Positions 9,102-20,659 of a DNA stretch of 48,484 nucleotides are shown piece after piece; the stretch's first letter is position 1; each line of letters starts with the position of its first letter. The translations under genes were made by a program, and so were the position numbers. Under the pieces are notes generated by a model. The model was not told the origin of the DNA, searched no databases, and saw nothing but the letters and a program-made list of their open reading frames with translations. Source of the DNA: Acholeplasmataceae bacterium (GTDB lineage Bacteria; Bacillota_I; Bacilli_A; Acholeplasmatales; Acholeplasmataceae); assembly GCA_041656835.1 (NCBI GenBank), contig JBBACV010000001.1, positions 1 through 48,484 of the forward strand. Direction: 5' to 3'.

Positions 9102-11183
9102 TTAATCTATTTTTGTTAAACTTGGATGAGATTCCATAATTTTCTTGATGCCATATTCATCACTAAAAGCAATCGTTGCGACTCCATCTTTAATTGAGAT
9201 AACCATACCATCACCAAAAGCTTTATGATTAACTTTATCACCCATCTTTAAATATGATAACCCACTTAAAGTTTCTTTATTTAATGGTTTAGTTTTGGTT
9301 TTTGTTTCAATCATTTCATTTAAAAATCTTGATGGTTCGGGATAAATGAAGTTTCCATATAGCATTCTTTGACTAGCATAACTTAAATATAGTTTTTCTT
9401 TTGCTCTTGTAACCCCAACATAGGCGATTCTTCTTTCTTCTTCTAATTCTTTCACGTCAAATAATGAAAGATTAGATGGGAAGATTCCATCTTCCATAAC
9501 GACCATAAATACCGCTTTAAATTCTAATCCTTTTACTTGGTGGAAGGTTGATAAAACAACCGAGTTTTCTCTAGATGGATTATCAAGATTTGAATATAAG
9601 GCTATTTGATCAAGAATTTCTTTTAGTTTATCTTTAGAGCTTCCTTCATAAAATTTTTCACCTTGAACAAATACGGAGGTTAATTCATTTAAATTATCCA
9701 AGCGGTCTCTTGAAATATCATCGTTATCTTTTACTAGCATCTCTTTATAGCCTGATTCATTCATCACGAAATTAACTAATGGTTTTAAGGTTTCCATTTC
9801 ATCGATAAAAGTTTTTATTTTATTAATAATATTATAAAACTCATCTAAATTAAATTTTGTTTGTCCACCAATGTCTAAATCTTTAATCGCGTGAAATAGC
9901 GATTTATGATTTAATGATGCGACATCTTCTAATTTTGAAATTGTTGCTGGACCAATTTTTCTTCTGGGCTCATTAATTATTCTTCTTAAATAATAATCTA
10001 AACTACTATCTAAAGCTAGTTTAATATAAGCGATAATATCTTTTATTTCTTTTCTTTGATAAAAGGAAATCCCTCCATAAATATTATAAGGAATATTATT
10101 TCTAATAAATGAATCTTCAAAGTTTCTAGATAAAGCATTATTACGGTATAGTATCGCGATATCATCATAATTATATCCTTCGCTAATAACTAATCTTTTA
10201 ATTTCATTAATAACGGTAGTTGCCTCATAAAAATCACTATCAGATCTAATAATAATTGGTGATTTCCCATCACCTAATTCTGACTTTAAATCTTTAGCGA
10301 CGGGACGATTATAGTTATGTTTAATTAATTTATTAGCATAATTTAGTATTTGATTAGTCGACCGGTAATTAATATCTAATACTTGATAATTACCAAAATC
10401 TTTTAAGAAATATTTAGCATTATTATAATCGGCTCCTCTAAATGAATAAATTGATTGATCAGGGTCTCCTACAACAAAGATATTTTTATGTTTTAAAGCT
10501 AATAATTTAATTATTTTATATTGAATATGATCGGTATCTTGAAATTCATCAACTAAAATATATGAAAATTTATCTCGGTAGTAATTTAAAACATTTTGAT
10601 GTTCTTCAAATAGTTTTAATAATAATATTTGTAAATCATCAAAATCAAGTAAATTATTATCAAGTAAATCTTTTTTATAAAGCTCATAAACTCGTTCTTC
10701 AATATTATCTTCAAAAAGTGATTCTTTAAATACTTTATAATGAGATATTTTATTTCTTAAAGAATTAACTTTATATCTTTTATTATCAATGTTTAGTTTT
10801 TTAATAATGTTTCTAATTATTCCTTTTGAGTCATCATCATCTAAAACGTTAAAATTGACTTTATAGCCTAAATTTAGATGTTCAATTTCACTTTTTAAAA
10901 TTCGGTATCCTAAAGAGTGAAATGTTGATATCCAAACACTTGATGCATAAGGACCTGACATTAAAATAATTCTATCCATCATCTCTTTAGCAGCTTTATT
11001 AGTAAATGTGACTGCTAAAATACTATTAGGAGCTATTCCTGCTTCATTAATTAAATAAGCTACTCTGGTAGTTAAGGTTCTTGTTTTTCCGGTTCCCGCA
11101 CCGGCAACAAGAAAAAGCGGTCCTTCAATATGAGTTACCGCTTTTAATTGTTGTTCATTTAGTAATTTTAACCAATTTTCCAT
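9102..11183 (-). CDS. pcrA: ATP-dependent DNA helicase PcrA
   Basis: Full SF1A motifs, 2B domain (RIINEPRRKIG), C-terminal Tudor-like GDKVNHKAFGDG; 693 aa. Confidence 0.95.
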   Translation of the reverse strand: MENWLKLLNEQQLKAVTHIEGPLFLVAGAGTGKTRTLTTRVAYLINEAGIAPNSILAVTFTNKAAKEMMDRIILMSGPYASSVWISTFHSLGYRILKSEIEHLNLGYKVNFNVLDDDDSKGIIRNIIKKLNIDNKRYKVNSLRNKISHYKVFKESLFEDNIEERVYELYKKDLLDNNLLDFDDLQILLLKLFEEHQNVLNYYRDKFSYILVDEFQDTDHIQYKIIKLLALKHKNIFVVGDPDQSIYSFRGADYNNAKYFLKDFGNYQVLDINYRSTNQILNYANKLIKHNYNRPVAKDLKSELGDGKSPIIIRSDSDFYEATTVINEIKRLVISEGYNYDDIAILYRNNALSRNFEDSFIRNNIPYNIYGGISFYQRKEIKDIIAYIKLALDSSLDYYLRRIINEPRRKIGPATISKLEDVASLNHKSLFHAIKDLDIGGQTKFNLDEFYNIINKIKTFIDEMETLKPLVNFVMNESGYKEMLVKDNDDISRDRLDNLNELTSVFVQGEKFYEGSSKDKLKEILDQIALYSNLDNPSRENSVVLSTFHQVKGLEFKAVFMVVMEDGIFPSNLSLFDVKELEEERRIAYVGVTRAKEKLYLSYASQRMLYGNFIYPEPSRFLNEMIETKTKTKPLNKETLSGLSYLKMGDKVNHKAFGDGMVISIKDGVATIAFSDEYGIKKIMESHPSLTKID

Positions 11184-11192
11184 TTATAATCC

Positions 11193-12827
11193 TTATTTAT
11201 AACTACGTTTTAATGCGACTATTTCATTAAAGTTATATCTATTTTTATCATCTTTGGTGTAGTAACAATTAAAGAATCCATGTCTAACAAATTGAAACTT
11301 TTCTTCAAAGATAACATCTTTTAATGAACTTTCAATATAACCTTTTAATGTTTTTAAAGAATCTTTATTAAATCTTTTTATTAAATCTTCATCTTCATGA
11401 TCATTTAATAATGGCCCATAAAGATTAAAGGTTGCAGGGATTGCATCTTTTTGGTCAACAAAATGAATTGTCCCATCAGGCTTTCTTTCATTAAAGCCAC
11501 TACCTGATAAAGTTTTTTCATCATAAGTAGCAAGTATTTCAATAATCTCACCTTTTTTATTTTTAATTACTTCATTAGCTTTTATAAAGTATGCATGCAT
11601 TAATCTAACTTCATTACCTAATGAAAGTCTTCTGTATTTATTATTAGGTTTAACTTCAACAAAATCATCTTTTTCAATATATATGTGTTTTGAAAAAGAT
11701 ATTTTTCTTTCACCTAATAAAATATTATTAGGATGATTTGGGATTTTAAAATGTTCTACTAAATCATCAGGATAGTTAGTTATTGTAACCTTTAAAGGAT
11801 TTAAAACAGCAAACATTCTTTTTGACTTAACTTGTAGTTCATCTCTGACAAATGATTCTAACATTTCATAATCAACTTCATTATTAACTTTAGATAGTCC
11901 TGTTTCTTTAATAAAGTTTATGATTGCTTCTTTAGGATATCCTCTTCTTCTTAAACCTGAAAGCGTTGGAAGTCTTGGGTCATCCCAACCATCAACTAAC
12001 TTTTGGTCAACTAAAATTTTTAAGTATCTTTTAGACATGATTGTGTTTGTAAGACCAAGTCTTCCAAACTCTATTTGTCTAGGAACATTAGGCATTTCTG
12101 TTTCACGAACAACCCAATCGTATAAGGGGCGATGATCTTCAAATTCTAATGAACATAATGAGTGGGTAATTCCTTCAATTGCATCTTCTAAAGGATGGGC
12201 ATAATCATACATTGGATATATTTTCCATTTATCTTTAGTATTATGATGAGGTGTAAAGTTAATGCGGTAAATAACCGGGTCTCTTAAGTTCATGTTAGGA
12301 GATGCCATATCAATTTTAGCTCTTAAAACCATAGTTCCTTCTTGATGTTTTCCGTCTTTCATTTCTTCAAATAGTTTTAAGTTTTCTTCGACACTTCGGT
12401 TTCTAAAGGGTGAGTTTACTCCAGGGGTGATAATATCTCCTCTAGTTTTTTGAATTTCTTCAGCGGTTTGGCTATCAACATAGGCTAAACCTTTGTTTAT
12501 TAAAAGAATGGCTCTTTCATACATTTCTTCAAAATAATCTGAAGCAAAATAGATTGCTTTTGGATTATATCCTAACCATTTAATATCTTCTTCAATTGCT
12601 TTAACATATTTTTCTTCTTCTTTTTCTGGATTTGTATCATCATATCTTAAATTAGTGTATCCATTAAAGATTTTGGCAAGTTCAAAATTAATAACAATCG
12701 CTCTAGCATGTCCGATATGTAAGTAACCATTTGGTTCTGGGGGAAATCTTGTAATAATTGTTGTATGTTTTTTATTTTTTAAATCTTCTTCCATAATTGT
12801 TTTAATAAAATTTGATTGTTCTTTCAT
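11193..12827 (-). CDS. glnS: Glutamine--tRNA ligase
   Basis: [46 protein letters not shown]. Confidence 0.97.
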   Translation of the reverse strand: MKEQSNFIKTIMEEDLKNKKHTTIITRFPPEPNGYLHIGHARAIVINFELAKIFNGYTNLRYDDTNPEKEEEKYVKAIEEDIKWLGYNPKAIYFASDYFEEMYERAILLINKGLAYVDSQTAEEIQKTRGDIITPGVNSPFRNRSVEENLKLFEEMKDGKHQEGTMVLRAKIDMASPNMNLRDPVIYRINFTPHHNTKDKWKIYPMYDYAHPLEDAIEGITHSLCSLEFEDHRPLYDWVVRETEMPNVPRQIEFGRLGLTNTIMSKRYLKILVDQKLVDGWDDPRLPTLSGLRRRGYPKEAIINFIKETGLSKVNNEVDYEMLESFVRDELQVKSKRMFAVLNPLKVTITNYPDDLVEHFKIPNHPNNILLGERKISFSKHIYIEKDDFVEVKPNNKYRRLSLGNEVRLMHAYFIKANEVIKNKKGEIIEILATYDEKTLSGSGFNERKPDGTIHFVDQKDAIPATFNLYGPLLNDHEDEDLIKRFNKDSLKTLKGYIESSLKDVIFEEKFQFVRHGFFNCYYTKDDKNRYNFNEIVALKRSYK

Positions 12828-12838
12828 TTTAACCTCGT

Positions 12839-14626
12839 TTATAATTCTTTCATTTGAAACATTGTTTTTTCAATTAATTCATCCATCGCTTCTTTACTTT
12901 CAATTGAAAGATCTGGATAAATAGGTTTTCCAACTTTTAGTGTGATTTTTTGACGATTCCATATTATAAATTTATATGTTTCAAAATTAATTTTAACTGG
13001 AATAATCGGGACACTTGATAAAACCGCTAATTTAAAAGCTCCTCTTTTAAATTCTCTTAGATGACTATCTTTTTTAATTAACTCACCTTCCGGATAAACA
13101 TGAATAAATCTACCCGTTCTGGCATTATGACTTAATTTATTAAAAAATATTTGAGTTTCTAAAGGATTTCTTGGGGTTGGTCTTGCCCCGAGTAAACTTA
13201 CAAAAAATCCAGCTATTTTTAAATCAAAGTTTTCGGGTTGAGCTGTCATAATTGGACGTTTAGGAAATGCAGCAATAGAATTAAGTGCTGAATCTAAAGT
13301 GTGAACATGATTAGAGACAACAACTGCTCCACCTTTAACCTTACGGAAATTCTTTAAGTCTTTATACTTTACATTCAAAAAGATTTTTGAATATAAAAAT
13401 AATAGTGGTAATGCCAATAAATAGTAAGTCATTGCGGAAAATGTTTTTTTCAGTGGAGATGGTGTAAATGATTTCGCAAAAACTTTTCCTTTTAATGATC
13501 TAGTTAATTTATATTGTTTTTCTTCTTTAATTCCTTCTTTTAATAACTCTTCAAAAAGATTTAAAGTTTTATCTAATTGATATTTTTGACTAAGTTCTTG
13601 GTATTCTTCTTTTGATTTTTGTAAGACTTTAGGGTTATCAATTAAATAATCTAGTTTTTCTGCTAAATCTTTATAGTTATTTTCCTTAAATTTATTATAG
13701 CTATTTAAAGCTAAATTTTTAGTGGCTGCCATTTTAGCATTAGATACAATTGGAACTAATCCACCAGCGATAGCTTCTAAAGCAGCAATTCCTTCTGTTT
13801 CAATGCTTGAGGCATGAATGTAAATTGATGAATGATTGATTTCTTTAATCAGTTCGTTTTCTTTAAAGAATTTAAATTTAACATTTAAATTAAATCGATC
13901 GGCATATCTTTTTAATTTTTTATACCACGGTCCAAAACCTGCTAAAGTTAATTTAATATTATTCTTATGTTTTGATCTATTAATAGCTTTTAAGATAGTC
14001 AATTGATTTTTTTCTTTAGCATATCTTCCGATTGAAATAACTTTAAATTTATCTCGTTTAATATTATTGTTTATTTCATAAAACGGTTTATTAACCCCAT
14101 TTGTAATTATTTTCATAGAGGTTTGATAACTGTATTTTCTTAAGTTATCAGCTACTAAAGAAGATGGAACGTGGGTGATGGGAATTTTATTGAAAAACCT
14201 TCTAAATTTACGGTATATTATCCAGTTTAAAAATCTAGCGTTTTTTAATCCCATCCCAAATGTAATACTTTCAGGGGGAATATGAAAAGATGCAGTCGTC
14301 GGGATATTTAATTTTTTTGCAATCTTTCTAACTACTCTTGATGTTTTCCAAGGAGTTACTAAATGAATAATATCAACGCCATTTATCGCTTCTTTAATTA
14401 TTTTTTTATCAGGCTTTGAAAAAACAACATCTTGTTTTTTTGCTGCCCAAGAAACGATCGGAATAAATCTTTCTTTTAATTTATATAACCCTTCAATATT
14501 ATTACCCGTTGATAAAATACGAACTTCATGTCCGTTATTTCTTAAACCTTCAACAAATCTTTTAGTTGTAATTGTTGTACCATTTGATTGTAAATAATAA
14601 TTGTCTATAACAAATAATATTACCAT
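12839..14626 (-). CDS. Fused GT4 glycosyltransferase (cholesterol alpha-glucosyltransferase-like) + PlsC-type acyltransferase
   Basis: N-terminal GT-B: [32 protein letters not shown]-terminal: NHVHTLD (HX4D), VYPEG, FKRGAF. TG-TATAAT at 14651-14659 suggests the start is ATG 14632 or 14626 rather than GTG 14647. Confidence 0.85.
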   Translation of the reverse strand: MVILFVIDNYYLQSNGTTITTKRFVEGLRNNGHEVRILSTGNNIEGLYKLKERFIPIVSWAAKKQDVVFSKPDKKIIKEAINGVDIIHLVTPWKTSRVVRKIAKKLNIPTTASFHIPPESITFGMGLKNARFLNWIIYRKFRRFFNKIPITHVPSSLVADNLRKYSYQTSMKIITNGVNKPFYEINNNIKRDKFKVISIGRYAKEKNQLTILKAINRSKHKNNIKLTLAGFGPWYKKLKRYADRFNLNVKFKFFKENELIKEINHSSIYIHASSIETEGIAALEAIAGGLVPIVSNAKMAATKNLALNSYNKFKENNYKDLAEKLDYLIDNPKVLQKSKEEYQELSQKYQLDKTLNLFEELLKEGIKEEKQYKLTRSLKGKVFAKSFTPSPLKKTFSAMTYYLLALPLLFLYSKIFLNVKYKDLKNFRKVKGGAVVVSNHVHTLDSALNSIAAFPKRPIMTAQPENFDLKIAGFFVSLLGARPTPRNPLETQIFFNKLSHNARTGRFIHVYPEGELIKKDSHLREFKRGAFKLAVLSSVPIIPVKINFETYKFIIWNRQKITLKVGKPIYPDLSIESKEAMDELIEKTMFQMKEL

Positions 14627-14702
14627 TTTCATCTCTTTTCTTTTCACATTATTATATCATATCGTCTCTTTTTAAGATATTAATATATTTAAAAAAACAT
14701 TA

Positions 14703-14732
14703 TAAAAAGAGTGGGAAATGAAGTCCCACTCT
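14703..14732 (-). terminator. Intrinsic terminator after the 554-aa protein
   Basis: AGAGTGGGA-7 nt-TCCCACTCT stem followed by TTTT on the minus strand. Confidence 0.8.
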
Positions 14733-14762
14733 ATTTATAAAATATTAATTTTAATTTGAGTT

Positions 14763-16427
14763 TTACGGAATTAAATCACCAAGATCATCGATATCATCTA
14801 ATCCATCTAAAATTGCGTTAAATAACTCTTCTTGTTTTTCTGGTGATAAATTATTAATTGCATCCATTATTTCATCAAGATTATCATCATTAGGATCTAG
14901 CAAGTAATTATTATATGCATCATCAACATCGGAATACTCTGGATCTGATAATACATCTTCAAGTGCATCACTGATAGCACCTTGTAGTTCCGCTAATAAA
15001 TCCATATTATCAGGCTTTAAGTAAAATCTTAAATATTTACCCTTTACTTTGATATCTTCAACACTTACACCTGTACTCTTAAATTCAGTTAAAAAATCTT
15101 TAATAATAATTTTATCATCTTCAATAAAGTCATTATCACCAATTAAATTTAAGATAGCTTTTAGTTTATCATTTGATATCGTTAAATTATCACCTAATTC
15201 AATTTCTACAATGTTAAAGACTAAATCACTATCGTTTAAAACTCCCGGTGTTGTTACTAAAGTAAAGTGAGTTTTAAATAGATCGGTTTCTCCAACTTTA
15301 TTTAAAGTCATAATAATTGTTAAATTTACTTTATCATCATCAAACTCACCAAATAGTGGTTTAGTTTTTAATTCATACTGTGCCCCAGCTATTTCAAAAG
15401 TTTCGGTAATGTCCATTTGATTACCAACATAGTATTCTAACATTTGATTAAATGATTGTTCGTGCATATTATATTTAATCGTTTCACTATTATCATCTAA
15501 TGATGATAATAGTAGTGAAGTTAGTTGACCTTGAAACATTTGATTTAACTCTGATTCACTAGTAATATGATGGTTAAGTAGATACGGATCTTTTGTTGAA
15601 CGAGCTTTTCCTAGTTTAAATTCAATGCCAGCTTTATTATCTTCCGTTTTAAATTCTAATAACTCTTCTTCATCAATAAACCCGAATAATGCTTCTAACA
15701 TTGCCTTACTATCGCTATCACCTTCAATTAGGTTAAGTAAGTCATTGGTTGTTACCCAAACCGATTTAGTTTTTAAATCGTAATTTCCAAATCCTGAGAC
15801 AATATCTTTAATCGTATTATCTAAACTATTACCTGCGATTAAACCAAATCCCCAATCAGTTAAATCATACATCCATAAGATTGGAAGGTTTCCTAGTTTT
15901 ATATCTTTAATGGTTAATTTATATTGGGTTAAGTGTTCATCGTCAATAACAACCGGTAATGTTTCTAGTTTAAATTTAATTAAAACGGTTGTTTTATAAT
16001 AAATATTACTAAAACCAGCTTCAATTCCGGCTTCAACTTGGATATAGTCTTCACTAAATTTAACCGTTACTCCTTTAAATCCACCGTTATCACCAAAACT
16101 TTGGGCATATAATCTTTCTTTTTTAGGAATAGATTCATCAGTCTTACCAAAGTTAGGATTATTACTAGCGTAAAAATCTTTTAATACTTTATTAGTTTCC
16201 CCGTCTTCTAAAGTGATCTCAAAACCCATTGCGGTATCATCCGCTAAAAACTCATCAATCTTATTTTCAAGGATTGAATTAAATGATAAAGTTTCATGAG
16301 TTTCAAAGTCATTAATTGGTGGTTTATAATCTTTATACATTATTACTAAAAAGATAATTGGTAATAAAGTTATTATAAGCATTAAAAGTCCAATTAATTT
16401 AAAAATAAGTTTAAATGGTCTGAACAT
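14763..16427 (-). CDS. Membrane-anchored acidic protein with two YpmS/DUF2140-like repeats (hypothetical)
   Basis: Single N-terminal TM; IKDIKLGNLPIL and TPGVLNDSDLVFNIVEIELG resemble YpmS-type motifs; RBS AAAGGGGG. Confidence 0.55.
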   Translation of the reverse strand: MFRPFKLIFKLIGLLMLIITLLPIIFLVIMYKDYKPPINDFETHETLSFNSILENKIDEFLADDTAMGFEITLEDGETNKVLKDFYASNNPNFGKTDESIPKKERLYAQSFGDNGGFKGVTVKFSEDYIQVEAGIEAGFSNIYYKTTVLIKFKLETLPVVIDDEHLTQYKLTIKDIKLGNLPILWMYDLTDWGFGLIAGNSLDNTIKDIVSGFGNYDLKTKSVWVTTNDLLNLIEGDSDSKAMLEALFGFIDEEELLEFKTEDNKAGIEFKLGKARSTKDPYLLNHHITSESELNQMFQGQLTSLLLSSLDDNSETIKYNMHEQSFNQMLEYYVGNQMDITETFEIAGAQYELKTKPLFGEFDDDKVNLTIIMTLNKVGETDLFKTHFTLVTTPGVLNDSDLVFNIVEIELGDNLTISNDKLKAILNLIGDNDFIEDDKIIIKDFLTEFKSTGVSVEDIKVKGKYLRFYLKPDNMDLLAELQGAISDALEDVLSDPEYSDVDDAYNNYLLDPNDDNLDEIMDAINNLSPEKQEELFNAILDGLDDIDDLGDLIP

Positions 16428-16489
16428 GGTTTATCCCCCTTTTCTTTTTCATTATATCTTATTTTATTTTCAATTAAAATAATTTGCTT

Positions 16490-17491
16490 TTAGATTGTAT
16501 TTATTTTAAGGCCTGGTTCGCCGTTTAAATTATAAAGATTTTTAGTGCCATATTTTAAATACTGATAGTAAGCAGCTATGCCAATCATTGCCGCTTGATC
16601 AGTACAATACTTTATTTTAGGTAATATGATTGGTAAATCTTTAATTTCTTTACTTAATTTAGTTCTTAATCCACTATTAGCGGCAACGCCACCGACAACG
16701 ATTACTTGATTTACTTTTAATCTTTTAGCTAAATCTTTCGTCTTTTTAACTAAAACATCAGTAACTGCCTCTTGAAAAGAGCATGCGATATCTTCATTTT
16801 TATATTTAATGTTTTCTTTTTCCAAATCTTTTAATAAATATAGGACAGCACTTTTTAACCCTGAAAAAGAAAAGTTATCATCCTTTGAATGAAGCATTGG
16901 TCTTGGTAAATCATAGATAGGTTTTCCTAATTGGGCTAACTTATCAATAATTGGACCACCAGGATATGCTAATCCTAGGAGTCTTGCTACTTTATCATAT
17001 GCTTCTCCAACTGCATCATCTAAAGTTGTCCCGATTAATTCAATTTCAAAATGGTCTTTTATTAATAAAGTTTCCGTATGGCCACCGCTTACTAATAAAA
17101 CTAGGGCAGGAAAGATAAACTCATCATCAATTAATGCAGCATAAATATGACCGATTAAATGGTTAACACCAATAATAGGTAAGTTGTTGGCATAGGCAAA
17201 TGTTGTTGCCGCATTAATTCCCACTAATAGTGATCCTATTAGCCCGGGACCTTTAGTAACGGCAACCAAATCTATGTCTTTTATTTTAATCTTAGCTTCT
17301 TTAATTGCTTGGTCAAAAATATGTAGCATATACTCAATATGGGCTCTTGAAGCAACTTCTGGGACTACACCACCAAATTTTTCATGGATATTAATTTGAG
17401 ATAAAACTGCATTTGATAAAACCTCTTTACCATCTTTAGTAACAGCGACCGATGTTTCATCACATGATGTTTCAACAGATAAAATAATCAT
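16490..17491 (-). CDS. tsaD: tRNA N6-adenosine threonylcarbamoyltransferase TsaD
   Basis: [43 protein letters not shown]. Confidence 0.97.
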   Translation of the reverse strand: MIILSVETSCDETSVAVTKDGKEVLSNAVLSQINIHEKFGGVVPEVASRAHIEYMLHIFDQAIKEAKIKIKDIDLVAVTKGPGLIGSLLVGINAATTFAYANNLPIIGVNHLIGHIYAALIDDEFIFPALVLLVSGGHTETLLIKDHFEIELIGTTLDDAVGEAYDKVARLLGLAYPGGPIIDKLAQLGKPIYDLPRPMLHSKDDNFSFSGLKSAVLYLLKDLEKENIKYKNEDIACSFQEAVTDVLVKKTKDLAKRLKVNQVIVVGGVAANSGLRTKLSKEIKDLPIILPKIKYCTDQAAMIGIAAYYQYLKYGTKNLYNLNGEPGLKINTI

Positions 17492-17929
17492 TTAATCATC
17501 CTTTATATTTATTAATAATACTAATGCATCATCATCTTTATAATGGTTTTTAAAAGTATTAATTAATTTATAATTATAATTTTTATAAAATGAAATAGCT
17601 TTTAAATTTTTACTTCTTACTTCTAAAATTAAAGAATTTATTTCTCTTTTTTTTAAATCTTCGATAAAAAAATTAAAGAATTTAGTGCCATAACCTTTTG
17701 TTTGATATTTAGAATCAATTAAAAAATTTAAAAGCTCAGCCTTATTTTCATTAAAGCGATAACTTAAATAACCAATAATAGTATTTTCTAACTCGTAAAC
17801 CAAAATATTTGAAGAGTCTTTGTTTTTAAGTTCATTTAGTAAAAATGATACTCCAAGACTTTCATTAAAAATTTTTAATTCTAAATCAACTATTTTTTCT
17901 AAATCATTAACTTTAGCTTTTCTGATCAA
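17492..17929 (-). CDS. rimI: RimI-like GNAT N-acetyltransferase
   Basis: QTKGYGT acetyl-CoA motif, LEVRSKNLKAISFY; located between tsaB and tsaD. Confidence 0.8.
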   Translation of the reverse strand: MIRKAKVNDLEKIVDLELKIFNESLGVSFLLNELKNKDSSNILVYELENTIIGYLSYRFNENKAELLNFLIDSKYQTKGYGTKFFNFFIEDLKKREINSLILEVRSKNLKAISFYKNYNYKLINTFKNHYKDDDALVLLINIKDD

Positions 17930-18497
17930 GATTTAACTCCGCCTTAGTCTTTCTTAAGTAATTAGGAACTAAGTTATAAACATCTTCTACTAATGTACTC
18001 ATTTTTATAATAACATTACTATCTAATTTAATTGTATCTTCATTTAAAATTATAAGTTTTTCTTTTTCTAATCCATTTAAATCATTTAAATGTCTTACCT
18101 TTTCTTCATCCAAGAGTTTTCCCTTTAAATAAAACCCTGAAAACCCTTGATTATTTCTTGCATCATGCCAAGCTAAAACTTCTTCTTTATATCCTGAAGT
18201 TAAAAAAAGTAAGCTACTAACTTTCATTAAGTTAAGTTTTAAAGTATAACTAAACATTTTAGCTGTCATAACAGAGACTCTTAATCCTGTATATGAACCC
18301 GGACCAATTCCAACAATAAATGTATCAATATCTTTAATGTTTAAATTATGCTCCTTTAATAGTTCATCTATTAAAGGAATTATATAGGCTTGATGGTCTG
18401 ATTTAGCTTTTCTTTGTTTAATTCCTTTTAATTTTCCGTCAACATGTAACATAATAATCATTATATTAGTTGATGTATCAATTAATAAATATTTCAT
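17913..18497 (-). CDS. tsaB: t6A biosynthesis protein TsaB
   Basis: IDTST, VGIGPGSYTGLRV, DAR, PNYLR. Confidence 0.93.
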   Translation of the reverse strand: MKYLLIDTSTNIMIIMLHVDGKLKGIKQRKAKSDHQAYIIPLIDELLKEHNLNIKDIDTFIVGIGPGSYTGLRVSVMTAKMFSYTLKLNLMKVSSLLFLTSGYKEEVLAWHDARNNQGFSGFYLKGKLLDEEKVRHLNDLNGLEKEKLIILNEDTIKLDSNVIIKMSTLVEDVYNLVPNYLRKTKAELNLDQKS

Positions 18498-18498
18498 A

Positions 18499-18918
18499 TT
18501 ATTCCTTTATACTTAATTTAAGTTTACGAGTGTTTAAATCAATGTTTGTTAATTCTACTTTAACGTATCGATTAGGTATTAACTCACTAACTTTATTAGG
18601 CCATTCAATAACGACAACACTTTCATCATCTAAAATATAATCAAGTAAATCAAAATCACTTCCAATATCATCTAGACGATAAAGGTCTAGATGATGAAGT
18701 GTTTTAGTTCCTTGATATGTTTTTAAAATGGTAAAAGTAGGTGAGTTAACTATTTCTTTTATTTTAAGGCCTTTAGCAATTCCTTTAGTTAAAGTTGTTT
18801 TACCAGATGATAGGTCACCTTCTAATAAAATTACATTAATTCCTTGGGGTAAGTTTTTAACTAATTTTTCTCCAAATAAAATAGTTTCATCACTACTTTT
18901 AGAAATTATTTCTGTCAT
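18499..18918 (-). CDS. tsaE: t6A biosynthesis ATPase TsaE
   Basis: GDLSSGKTT, VNSPTF, HLDLYRL, IEWP. Confidence 0.95.
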   Translation of the reverse strand: MTEIISKSSDETILFGEKLVKNLPQGINVILLEGDLSSGKTTLTKGIAKGLKIKEIVNSPTFTILKTYQGTKTLHHLDLYRLDDIGSDFDLLDYILDDESVVVIEWPNKVSELIPNRYVKVELTNIDLNTRKLKLSIKE

Positions 18919-20186
18919 TTTTTTCCTAATAATTCAAACATTTTTTGTTTATAAGCTTCAACTCCTGGTTGATTAAATGGATTTACTTCTAATAAATATG
19001 CTGACATAGCACAAGCTTTTTCAAAGAAATAAAATAAATAACCTAAATTATAGGCATCTAATTTTTTAAGTTTGATTAAAATATTAGGGACTTTTCCTTC
19101 AACATGAGCCATCTTTGTACCAAGCATAGCTTGTTTATTAACATATGCTAATTCTTTTTCTGATAAATAATTTAGATTATCTAAATTATTATCATCAAAA
19201 GGAATTAATAGTTTATCAGTTTTATTAACTTCTAAAATTGTTTCAAAAATAATTCTAGTCCCATCTTGAATTTGTTGACCTAAAGAATGGAGATCGGTTG
19301 TAAATGATGCCGATGAAACTAATAGTCCTTTATGATCTTTTCCTTCTGATTCCCCAAATAATTGTTTCCACCATTCTGAGAAATAATTTAATCTTGGTTC
19401 ATAGTTAACTAAATATTCAGTGGTTTTACCTTCTTTGTATAATAAATATCTCATTAACCCATATTTATAAGCATCATTTTTAGTTAAATCATCATTTAAT
19501 AAATTATGATAAGCATCACTGGCTCCTTCAAATAACTTATCAATATTAACACCAGCAAAAACAAACGGTAATAACCCAACAGCGGTTAACACCGAAAATC
19601 TACCACCAATATCATCTTTAATAATAAATCTTTCATAACCTTCTTCTTTTGCTAAATTAAATAAGGCTCCTCTTTTTTGATCGGTAGTAGCGAAAATTCT
19701 TTCTCTTGCCTCTTCTTTACCATATTTATTTTCTAAGTGATTTTTTAATAGTCTAAAAGCGATTGCTGGTTCTGTCGTTGTTCCTGATTTTGAAATTACA
19801 TTAATGGCATAGTCTTTCTTGTTTAAATATTTTAATAAGTTTTTATGATAATTGGCTGATAAATGGTGCCCCGCAAAAATTATTTCTGGTTTTGATTTTT
19901 TAAAAGGTTCTTTTAAAAATTCAAGACCAGCTTTAGCGCCTAAATAAGAGCCACCAATCCCAATTACGACTAAACAATCTAATTTATTAAATTTATTCTT
20001 TAGTTCATACATTCTATTTAATTCATCTTTATCATAATTAATTGGTAATGAAACCCAACCTAGAAAATCATTTCCTAATCCTGTTTTATTATGAATCATA
20101 TTATGTATATTTGAAACTTCGTTTTGATAGTTTTTAAGTTTTTCGTTTGTAAAACTTAAAGCATCTTTAATATCTACTTTAATCAT
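18915..20186 (-). CDS. pgi: Glucose-6-phosphate isomerase
   Basis: GIGGSYLG, SKSGTTTE, GGRFSVLT, QLFGESEGK, NPFNQPGVEAYK. Confidence 0.97.
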   Translation of the reverse strand: MIKVDIKDALSFTNEKLKNYQNEVSNIHNMIHNKTGLGNDFLGWVSLPINYDKDELNRMYELKNKFNKLDCLVVIGIGGSYLGAKAGLEFLKEPFKKSKPEIIFAGHHLSANYHKNLLKYLNKKDYAINVISKSGTTTEPAIAFRLLKNHLENKYGKEEARERIFATTDQKRGALFNLAKEEGYERFIIKDDIGGRFSVLTAVGLLPFVFAGVNIDKLFEGASDAYHNLLNDDLTKNDAYKYGLMRYLLYKEGKTTEYLVNYEPRLNYFSEWWKQLFGESEGKDHKGLLVSSASFTTDLHSLGQQIQDGTRIIFETILEVNKTDKLLIPFDDNNLDNLNYLSEKELAYVNKQAMLGTKMAHVEGKVPNILIKLKKLDAYNLGYLFYFFEKACAMSAYLLEVNPFNQPGVEAYKQKMFELLGKK

Positions 20187-20523
20187 TGTTTCTCTCTTTC
20201 TCTTCTTTAATCCATTTGTTCAATTGTTTTCTTAATGTTTTAAAACCAATTTTTATATCTACTTGTTTCAATACTTTTCCATCGATTAATAAAGCATTCT
20301 TATAAGATAAACTAAGTTGTTTATCTTCTTCATTAATCGATAAAATTGTTGCATATATTTTTTCACCTAGATTAAACACGAGATTTAAATCTGGGATATA
20401 CCTATCTGATACTTCAGATATATGAATTAGTCCTTGATAATCTTTATAAGATACAAAAATACCATAGGGTTTAATTCCAGTAATCAAACATAGGATGCGG
20501 TCATTTACTTGCAAATTAATCAC
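20179..20523 (-). CDS. S1 RNA-binding protein (YugI/general stress protein 13-like)
   Basis: ITGIKPYGIFV..GLIHISEVS S1 signature; upstream of pgi as yugI is in Bacilli. True start may be TTG 20514. Confidence 0.85.
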   Translation of the reverse strand: MINLQVNDRILCLITGIKPYGIFVSYKDYQGLIHISEVSDRYIPDLNLVFNLGEKIYATILSINEEDKQLSLSYKNALLIDGKVLKQVDIKIGFKTLRKQLNKWIKEEKERNND

Positions 20524-20659
20524 CCCTTTTATTTAGTATTATTATATCACTAATAAACATTCTTTTTTTATTTATACTAAATTAAGTGATATATTTATCA
20601 CATGTTTAGAATATAAAAATAAATACGTAATATTGATTAAATATAACAAAACATTGTTT

